A stretch of 64,000 nucleotides of DNA from Entomortierella parvispora E1425 (taxonomy: Eukaryota; Fungi; Mortierellomycota): the NCBI GenBank assembly GCA_020891255.1, contig BQFW01000003.1, positions 1,364,001 to 1,428,000 on the forward strand. The letters are read 5' to 3'. The stretch's first letter is position 1; each line of letters begins with the position of its first letter. The notes below the pieces were generated by a model that had not been told where the DNA came from, did no database searches, and saw only the letters and a list, made by a program, of their open reading frames with translations. A program made the translations under genes and the position numbers. This document shows positions 54,611-64,000 of this stretch, piece after piece.

Positions 54611-55739
54611 ATGGTAACGTAATCTCCACATTTCCTTTTCTCTTTATCCGCTACTCTTTTGCACTCACTTGGCGGATGCATCCGCGTCTTGCAACATGTT
54701 TTGGTTGCTGCCCTGTCCTTCATTCGCCACATCATACCGCGAGGACAGACTTCCCTTGGACAGACTTGCCTGTTGTAACCATGGGCAGGACGTACTGGCC
54801 AGAATTCACCTGGACACAACTGTCGTGGAGTTTAGACCCGGAACCAATGGCGCCTTCATTCGGAATCAGCGTCCTCTTGAAAGCTAGTGGTTTAGAGTCT
54901 TTCAGAGACTCCTCGACGTAGAAGTCACCCCTCAGCTACATGGAAGATGGGTTGCCGACATTCTTTTTCTTCACTTCTATTTTAATTCGTGTGGGCTGAC
55001 AGGAATTGGATCCAAGTACATGGACTGGAGGAGAAATCTGCAGACAACAAAGTACTAACTACCGCCTTTGTTTACATAGTCTCTCAGCGGTGTTTCCCTT
55101 CAAAAAGGTTGCGTTGAATCCTTCACCGAGTTGAAGCTTAAGAAGGCTCACAAGTTCATCATCTACAAGCTCTCGGATGACCTCAAAGAAATTGTCGTCG
55201 ACAAGGCAGTTTCTGCCGGTACCTACGACGAGTTTTTGGCCGAGCTTCCCGTCGATCAGTGCCGCTACGCCGTTTACGACTTTGACTACACCCTTCCCGA
55301 TGGAGAGCGCAACAAGATTGTCTTCTACACTTGGTGAGTTTTCTTTAGCCCTTACTTCTCAGGTCTTCCTATCCTTTTTACATGGAATCCTGTGTCTTGT
55401 GAAGATCGGGGAAGTTTGCTTGCTTACCAACAGGAGAGGATTCGGATCACGGGCAAGCTTTATCTGAAAACCCAGGAACAGGGGATGAACACGAGCAGAA
55501 GAGATATCACGCAACCATGTCGTTTAGAAATCACAGGATCTCTTTTTTAAACTTGGACTCTAACAAAAAACAAACAAAAATATAGGTCCCCCGATGATGC
55601 CAAGACCCGCACCAAGATGGTCTACTCATCCTCCAAGGATGCCCTCCGCAAGGCCTTGCAGGGTGTTGCTATTGAGATTCAGGGCACTGATCTCGACGAG
55701 GTTGCTCATGACACTGTCCTCGAGCGCATCCGCCGCTAA
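54611..55739 (+). CDS. COF1: Cofilin/ADF; exons 54611-54613 (ATG only), 55080-55333, 55587-55739
   Basis: M|SLSGVSLQ..., [24 protein letters not shown]|[26 protein letters not shown]. Confidence 0.95.
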
Positions 55740-56438
55740 AGCAACTATAAGTACCTCCCCTATTTCTCCCTTGCCTGTTATAAGCCGAACTTTTCTTTTG
55801 AGACATTCGCGCACCATATCTCCCTTGCTTCAACAAGCGTTCCCGTGAACAAATAAACCCTGTAAAGTTGCAATAAGCAGTTCCATGTGTGTGTCCAGGT
55901 GCTTGTGCTTGTGTGTGGCGCATGTGTGTGAGAGTGTTGGTCTCTGCCGCGTGGCATCATGGCCGGAGTTGTGGGAGAAGGGGCTCGTTGTTGCACGGTG
56001 GCAAAATGGCAATCTTTTGGGATGATCGATCGACAACACTGCCCAAAGGCGAAGCCAGGAAAAGGGGGAAAGATCGAGAGCATCGAGGGCGGAGAGCACC
56101 GCAGAAGAAAAGAAGGCCGTTTGCCTACTGCTTTTTTGTTGTTGCACCCGGCTCTCTGCAGGCAGAGAAAGAAAAAAGAATAAAAGCGCGTCGCTGTCAC
56201 GGTGACAGATGCACACAAAAAAAAGAAAGGATACCTTCATTCCTTCATTCCTTCTTCATCCTTTTCTTCATCTCTCCTTCCTCTGTATACATTTCAACTC
56301 TACTCTCTCCTTCCGCACTTCTTTCCATCTTAAATCATCACTTGTCAAAGGAGGATAGGTCCATTCTTTCATTCATTCTTTTATTCTTTCATTCATTTGT
56401 TCTTTCATTGCATTCATCCTCTCGTAACATTCCATTTC

Positions 56439-59221
56439 ATGTTTGGTCTAAAGTTCAAAAGGAAGACCGACTCGGCATCCCCGTCCTCCGGCCTCAGCAG
56501 CAGCAATAACAGCAAGAACGAGGCCGACTTGTCCTCGCCTTCGACCCTTGCTGCCAGACCTAGCACCGACCTTTCGCACGTACAGCAGGACCCGAAGCAG
56601 ATAATACCCACGGCCTTTTCCTCGTCTTCGACCGACCTCGTCAGCCGCAGCAACAGCAGCGGCAGCAACAATGACTATAGCCACAAGAACAGCAACAGCC
56701 CCTTTCACGGCTACCACTCTTCCTCCTCTACTGCCCCCACCTCACCCGTCCAGTCCCAGTATCCAGACAAGACAGAGATCTACAGGGTCCCATTAGAACA
56801 TGGGTTCCATTCGAATGGCAACAATGCCAGGAGTAATACCATTAAAGTGCCAGCGCCTGACGACTGTTGCACGACAACCACTTCCTCTGCCTATACCACC
56901 GCGCCCTCGTCTTTCAGCTCTGAAATCGACCGTCGATCTTCCCAGCAAGGGCCGAGGACAAACGCTGCCACCAAGCCCGCCATCGGTACTTTTGCTTCCA
57001 CCACCGATAGCCCTGTTCACCCGGGCTCAAGTTACACCCTCAACAACAACCATGGAATGGATGGTACGTCTGGATCCGTACCAGCATCTGCAACGTCTTC
57101 TGCGACTCCGTCTCGCAGCTCTAGCACATCGAACCGAGGGGGTGGTGGAGGTGCAGGCGTGTCGACAGGATCATTCACCCCGTTGTCGGCCACGCCACCG
57201 ATGACTCCGCGCTTGGCTCATGAGATTGCAGATAGTCTGGGAGCAAATCTTGGCGATCAGCAGCAGCAGCAGCAGCAACTCTTCGCACGCGCTTTCACGA
57301 CTCAGCAACATACTCACCAATTCAACTCGCAGCAACAATCCATGACTGGAGCCGGAAGCCCGTCATCACAACAGGCACCTCCAAGCATCTATGGCGGTCT
57401 CCTCGATGAGAACGACACTCAAGCCACTGCGTCCGCGGGCGGTGTAGGGTTTGTCAGCTCACCGATCAGTTTTCAGCCACCCCTAAACAATGCCCTCTCA
57501 GTATATGGGCAAGGGCAGACAAAATCACCCCACGCAACCTTTCCTCAGGATTCTTTTCAAAACGTATACATGCCTGTCTTCCCAGAAGACAATAAGCCCA
57601 CTAGCCCGACCAAGGGTCAATTTGCTCACCATCAGCAACAGCAAGGTGCAGGGTTCAACACGCGAGATGCGCTGATGCAGCAACAGCAGTATCAACGGCA
57701 ACAGATGGCGCAATTCCGGGAAGATATGCAAGGAGGAGGCTGCACGAACAGCGAAGTGCCTTTGACCTCTGCCGGTGCCATCGCAGCTGCGCTTGCGCAG
57801 GCCACTGCTCCCCCAGCACCAGCGCTGATTAATTCACAGGAGCGAACAGTTTCGATGGCTGACAACACAACATCGAATGGCCAGCACTCTTCAGCCACCT
57901 CACCCACAACAGCAGGACGCACTCCTACCCATCGTTCTGGAGGATCCACTATGGAAAGCGAAAATCAACAGCAACAACAGCAACAACACAACCAAGGATC
58001 GATGGCACATCCTCTCAATCCTTTAGGGGGTGCTTCGACTTTTTTTCCTGCACCTATCACGAGGGCTAGTACCACGTTGGCTGCATCCCATTTGATCACA
58101 CATGATGTACGACAATCATCGGAACATTCCCATATTGAAGATGGAGCTGGACCTGTTGTGCTGATGGCCATTGGAAAGACGGGGCAAGGAAAATCATCGT
58201 TACTGAACAAAATCATGGGAACGAGTGAGCTCAAGGCTAGCGCCTCTGTTCGAGTAAGTTGAATGTTATGATTTTGTTCAGTACTCTTTGTCACAAGCTG
58301 GGTCAACTTTTCCTTTTTTCCCTTTGCTTTTGCTAACGAGCTTTTAATTTCTAGGCCGTTACAAAAGGAATTGCAGAGCGTACCGGATGGGGGCGGTTTG
58401 AAGACAGCAGACGTGTCCTTGTCACATTGGCGGACACCCCAGGTATGGATGCTCATGGGGAGCTTACTGCTATTGGAAAAATATTGTAGGCTCAGGTCAA
58501 CCATGATTTCTAATCATCTCATCTCTTTCTTTATAGGACTCGCCGATACGGAAGGAGATGATGAGAAGAATATACCCATTTTGAAAGAGTACATCCGATC
58601 TGTAGGCACGCGCCTGGGCGTCTCGGCATTTTTGTTGGTCTTCAAGATTGATTCTGGGTAAGAATTGTAGCCACTGGCGATATTCAATGGCGCAAGATAT
58701 ATGAACTTTGAGGTCTGGAAGAGAGCTGGTATTTACATTTTACTTACTCCCACCCCGTATCATTTGATTGTGCATTCTTTTCAAATAGCGTGGACATGAT
58801 CATCACGATTTTGCAGACATTCAACGATATCATGAAGGATTTTCCAAACTTTTGGGATAATGTCATCCTAGTCTTCACAGGATGCGATTACCGTCGAAAT
58901 GTAATGAACACAAAGCAGCTCTACCATGAAGAGATCCAAGCTCAACTCCAGCAACATTTCTTCCGACCGGAATCAGATCCCTCATCCACCTCAGCATCAA
59001 CAATAGGAGCAGCAGACTCACCATTGGACCCCATTGTGCCAATGGTATTTTTGACCTGTGCAGAGGCACCCTGTGGATTTGCCCTAGGCGAAAAATGTGA
59101 TTGCAAAGCCCGAACTACGTTTTTGAATGCGGGTATCAAACGCCTTTGGTATGCGGTCAGGAACAAGAAGCGATGGGTACTTGACCAGGACCACGACGAT
59201 GATCTACAAGGTCATACCTAA
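56439..59221 (+). CDS. AIG1/GIMAP-type P-loop GTPase with a long Ser/Gln-rich N-terminal extension; multi-exon
   Basis: VLMAIGKTGQGKSSLLNKIMG (G1), spliced LADTPG|LADT (G3), ILVFTGCD (G4-like), C-terminal Cys cluster CAEAPC...CDC. Confidence 0.8.
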
Positions 59222-59465
59222 AAGTCGCAGAGGAACAGCTACCTTTCCCTGCCACTTTTGCTTGACCAACCTCCAAAAAAAAAAAATCCAAAAATCCAAA
59301 AAACAAAAGAAAATTTACTAAAAAAAACAACGTTGGCATCGAGTATGAAGGGAATGTTTTAATTGCAAGATGTCAAAGCTTTGTCTACGAATTGAATACC
59401 AAATGCTGGGGGTCTATGGGCGATGGATCTCTTTTGAGGGAGGATATTTGAGCCTAGTGATGTCT

Positions 59466-60711
59466 TTATACATGATCGGCCACGACGGGCTTACCAGCAG
59501 CCCAATCACGGATCACGTTCTGGATCCTGATCCAGTATTGAAGTTGGATCGAAAGAGTCTTTGCCTCTGCCAAATCCATGTCCTTGAAGGCCTTTGACAA
59601 CCCAGTGACCGTCTCCTTGATACGAGCTACAAAATAGGATTACATGAAGGTTAGAACCACTGGGAAATTTAAGATACGAAAAGAGGCACTTTGACGAACG
59701 ACAGAACGAGGGTGTTTCTTTTCATACCATCGTTGACAGATTTCAAGTCCTCGACTTGTTCCTCTGTTTCGGCATCCTCAAGCAATTCACGAGCCTCCAT
59801 GACCTCCATCAACAGCTCGGACTCCTGCAACTTTTCCGTCTCATGGATCGGCGCGCCCAACAAATCGAGCATGTAGTTGGCGCGACTCAACGGCTCCTTC
59901 AATGTCGCGTAAGCCTTATTAGCGAGAGAAGACTGTTGCTGCGCATAGACTTGATCACCCTAAAGAGGAAATAAATGCATGGGATAGCACCAAATATAGT
60001 GAGTGATGTCATCTAGCGACTTCTTGTTCCTTGCTTACTTCTCAACCCAACTTACGTTGGTGTTTTGTGAATAGGAATCTGGATGGATCTGTTGTTGGAT
60101 TTTGAAGAATTTGATCCGCAGATCTTTCAAGTCGATATCAAAGCTTGGCACATCGCTAGCGGAGGGAAGGGGGGGGGGGGGGGGTGAAGGATCAGGGCGA
60201 GCAGCGCGAGAAACTGAAACTGTTAGTTTTCTGATCTCTGAATATGAACCCATTACACAAAGACGAGTTTTTCAATGTACCTCAATCCAAGGATTTCGAA
60301 ATAGTTGGCCCCATGAGCCAAGGTCTGAACGACGTTACAATCTGAGTTGGAACACTGGAGGGCCATATAGGGGACTGAAGATCCACATTTCCAGCAAGCA
60401 CGCGTCTCTGGCCGTTTTGGCTTGACCTTTGGATCCTTGTCAGCGCTGTTCGATACAGAGGAAGAGTGGAAGGATTTAAAAGAGAGGGGAGAAAGGGAGA
60501 TGACCATTTGGCGGGACACAGCTGGCCGTTTAGAAGCGGTTCCTGCGTTGGAGACAAAGAGTGAAGAGCGAGTGGGGCATGATGCAGTGGAAGAAGAGGA
60601 CAATGAAGAGAAGGAATGCGATCGAGCAGGTTGCGACTTGGGAATAGAACGCATGAGGGCCGACAGCACGTGGCGATGGGAAGAAGCGGCGGCGACAGAC
60701 ATTGGAGGCAT
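59466..60711 (-). CDS. HSC20: Mitochondrial Fe-S co-chaperone HSC20/Jac1 (HscB family); multi-exon
   Basis: Presequence, CWKC..CSNSDC, NYFEILG|..FDID...QQQIHPD, NKAYATLKEPLSRANYML, C-terminal QLQYWIRI. Confidence 0.92.
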
Positions 60712-60921
60712 GAAGAGTGAAGAGAGTGAAGAGAGTGAGGAGAAGGAGAGTGAAGGAGAGGTCTGCGCTGTGCGGGTCGGGTGCAGGTCGTCAGGGTCAA
60801 GAGAAGGGGAAGGCGGCAACCCAGGAGTTTGACTCTGATTAAGGGGCGACAGGACGACGGACGAGTATTAATTCGGGCGCTGTCTGCCGCTTCTTGCAAA
60901 ATCCTTTTCAATCAATCAATC

Positions 60922-62591
60922 ATGGGTACATACTGCTGTGACATGGGACGCAATCCGGATGCATGTTCAAGGATCACTGCCATCCATCGGTCTACACCTT
61001 TGCCCCTTCGACACTCGACACACATCCATCCCCACCATCCTTGCTGCTACTCGACTTGGCTTGAAAAAACCGGGATCAAAGGACCACTCCCATCGATATC
61101 GCTATCCATCCCGGCACTATGCCCTTTTTTCCTCTTTCTCTTGCCTGTGGGGTTGAACACTGGCTGAAGGAGAGGATCCATCGCCTAGTAGAAACCCAAG
61201 GCGATCTCTCCTCTCAATCAACTCCTTTTCTATGGAGCACTCTGTTCACAACGACAACAGCACCATCGACAACAACTCAAGGAGACTCCATCCTAGATCA
61301 ACGATCAACCAATCATCAAAGAGTCGAAAGGGCGTACGACACATCCATTCAACTTCACAGGAAGACGTATGGATCGTCAAAGAGGATTGCAACAGGACAC
61401 AGCAACAGGATTCCTTTTGCAGGAATGCATTCGTTGTTGTCAATACGATGTTTCCTTTTTCAACAAGGCACAATCAGGACTCGTTTTTACAATGGAAACA
61501 AATCTCTGGACTCACTTAACCTGGACCCATTATTTCTCCTTGGGCCTCCACCATCGACAATACTTCTCGGCACTGAAAGCAGAAAGAGACCTAAGGCTGA
61601 CAATATCCATTTTTTCTTTCAATTTTCAACTCACCAGGTATCAGCAGAGACTCCCGCCACAAGCGCTCCGCTTCCGGAGCCAAGCGCGCCCAATATCGCA
61701 AGAAGAGAAAGTTCGAGTTGGGTCGTCAGGCTGCCAACACCAAGCTCGGTGCTAAGCGCATCCACGAGGTCCGCACCCGTGGAGGTAACCGCAAGTTCCG
61801 TGCCATGCGTTTGGATGCCGGTAACTTCTCCTGGGGTTCCGAGGCCATCTCCCGCAAGACCCGTATCGTTGCTGTCGTCTACAACTCGTCCAACAACGAG
61901 TTGGTCCGTACCGGTACCCTTGTGAAGAACGCCATCGTCCAGATCGATGCCACCCCCTTCCGCCAGTGGTACGAGGCTCACTACGCCACCCCCATTGGTG
62001 CCCGCAAGGCTAAGGGTGCTGCCAAGGTAAACATACATACCTTTTGATTGCCTTTTGGGTTGTTTGATTATTATTTTAGAGTGGACTGTTTCGAGAAGCA
62101 TTGATGTTGCTGAAGAATGGACATCAATCGAAGGAACCAGGATCTACTTTTCGAGGACAATTCCTAGCGAGACCCAACCATGGTTACCATGGAAACATAG
62201 CCGCTGGGTGATTGGATACCTTGGATATGATTGTCTGCGATTACTTGACTACGACAGGACTATCGACTCTTATCGACCTTTTCTCTCTGGAACTGGAAAC
62301 TCAGTTCTGTCATACCATTACTTCAATATCAGTTTTCCTAATCCTGCGCCTTTTGTTTATTTTATCCAGGTCGAGTCCGAGGAGCTCAACAAGGCTCGCT
62401 CGAACCACGTCCAGCGCAAGATCGAGTCCCGCAAGGCTGATGCCAAGGTCGACCCCGCCCTTGACCACCAGTTCGCTGCCGGTCGTCTCTACGCCTGCTT
62501 GTCGTCCCGCCCCGGTCAGTCTGGCCGTGCTGACGGATACATTCTTGAGGGCCAGGAGTTGGCTTTCTACATCCGCAAGCTCAAGAAGTAA
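60922..62591 (+). CDS. RPS8: 40S ribosomal protein S8 (eS8); exons 60922-60925, 61638-62026, 62370-62591
   Basis: MG|[16 protein letters not shown]..., [43 protein letters not shown]. Confidence 0.98.
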
Positions 62592-62675
62592 ATGTAGTTT
62601 TGCAGGTTTCTTCTCTTACCAACGCTGACTATAAAATTTCACCAGTTTTTTATACGATTGATTTTGATGTTTGTA

Positions 62676-64000
62676 CAGTAACCCTGAAAAAGTCACCGGC
62701 GAAAAAATTTTGAAAAAAAAAAGGGTGACACAAAACGACTTTTTGCGTGCTAAAGCCATGTAATTTTGCCCTCGCCTTTTTTTTTTCTGATTTTCGATCA
62801 GTCCTCGCCGTTCACTTCTATGAGAGGTCCCCTTAGTTAGAATAAAGTGATCCTGGCGGAGACCAAAATCATGCTCGCCTCCCCTCCCTGAATCACCCCA
62901 TATAAATTTCTACTCAGGTTAAAACAGAAAATCGCACGTGATCATCGATGAGAGAAAAAAGCTCCGTCATTCCATCTCCCATTTCATCCTCATCCACGCA
63001 TTCCTCATCACCATGCCTCGAATTCATCCGGTGGCTGCAAGGCAAGAACTTCTATCCAAACTGTTTCCCGCACCAGCTCCAGAAGCACCTCGGGAGGCAA
63101 GGAAAGAACTCTCTCTTGAGATGCGGTACTTCATTGCGGGCATGTATGCTGGAGGCTCCAAGTCAGCGGCCCAAATCTCAAGAGAGTTGCACATTCCTGT
63201 CTCGACCATCAAAGATACCCTTGCAAGTCTCAGGAACGATGGGCTTCCTAAACCCATATTAAGAACCGGACGCCCGCGTAAGATGAGTGAACGAACTACC
63301 CGTGCTGTTGTTCGCTACCTTCTTAAGAATCGACGTGCCACGGCGCAAGAATTGACTAACGCCGTCTCCCATATTTCTCCTCTTCATCGGGACACCGTTA
63401 CAAAGGCCATTCTTCGCCTCAACTTTGCGTCTCGTATTGCAGCGAAGAAGCCATATCTTAAGCCGGCACATGAATTAGCCCGTCTTAACTTCGCAAAGAA
63501 GCACGAGAAGTGGACAGTAGAAGACTGGAAAAAGGTGATATGGACGGACGAGTCAAGCTTTGAAATTGGAAAGAACTCGCGCCGAATACGTGTTTGACGT
63601 CGTAGTTACGAGCGATTTCATTCAGACTGCCTTGCCTCCACCTTCAAGTCCGGGCGGACGTCGGTTATGGTCTGGGGAGCATTCTGTGGGGATTTGAAGA
63701 AGTGCAAACTCATCCTAATCCCGAAGGACAAGCGCACCGCGGCAGACTATGTTAAGTACGTATACGAAAACGCACTTTCTGGATACTACAATCACGCGGA
63801 GAACCCATCTGAGCTCATCCTGATGGAGGATGGAGCACCCACACACAAGTCTAATCTTCCGAAGGCATGGCGAGCGGCCTATGGGATGGATCGACTGGTT
63901 TGGCCGGCACAGTCACCAGACTTGAATCCTATAGAAAATGTTTGGAGGCTCATGAAAGCTTGGATCAGCCTGCAACCAATACCTTCCAACGAAGCAGAAA
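62676..64000 (+). mobile_element. Tc1/mariner (DD34E) DNA transposon, left part; runs off the window
   Basis: TA (62674-62675) followed by CAGTAACCC..., the typical TA|CAGT left terminus, upstream of a transposase ORF. The right TIR is not in the window. Confidence 0.85.
63013..64000 (+). pseudogene. Tc1 transposase with an in-frame TGA at 63595-63597 where a Trp is expected; frame otherwise open
   Basis: HTH...KKPYL...WKKVIWTDES...RIRV*RR...SVMVWGAF...MEDGAPTH...WPAQSPDLNPIENVW; 34 residues between D2 and E. Confidence 0.88.

Noticed and set aside
54669-54887. 72-aa ORF inside cofilin intron 1
   Set aside because: Non-ATG start in the ORF track, no motifs, and it lies wholly within a canonical GT-AG intron
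63595-63597. In-frame TGA as possible selenocysteine or programmed readthrough
   Set aside because: It sits at a position where Tc1 transposases have Trp (VWRR), so a single TGG-to-TGA change or sequencing error is the simpler explanation

Overview
Eukaryotic, intron-rich, gene-dense fungal DNA. Gene content and intron style suggest an early-diverging fungus such as Mortierellaceae, but this is an inference. Recognisable genes, left to right: a DUF3712-type membrane protein, allantoinase, dynactin p150, a GH18 chitinase with two CBM5/12 modules, RVB2, an LRR (FBXL/AMN1-like) protein, VPS8, PMA1, an intact MULE-family DDE transposase, an ANKRD40-like protein, a HERP/Usa1-like protein, NDUFAF3, a Usv1-like C2H2 factor, cofilin, an AIG1-type GTPase, HSC20/JAC1, RPS8 and the left part of a Tc1/mariner element with one nonsense codon. 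The most unusual object is a 3.6-kb quasi-palindrome at 14194-17780: two 1671-bp arms around a 245-bp unique spacer. Each arm carries a pyrimidine-rich leader, a 346-nt minisatellite holding about 56 ATGs, and a final ATG directly followed by a GTAAGT donor. Homology decays just past a YAG acceptor-like site retained in both copies. Splicing would give two divergent micro-ORFs, both starting MSG, with different bodies. That reading is a hypothesis and needs read-level and RNA evidence. Exon boundaries were placed by hand. No tRNA, rRNA or CRISPR array was found.
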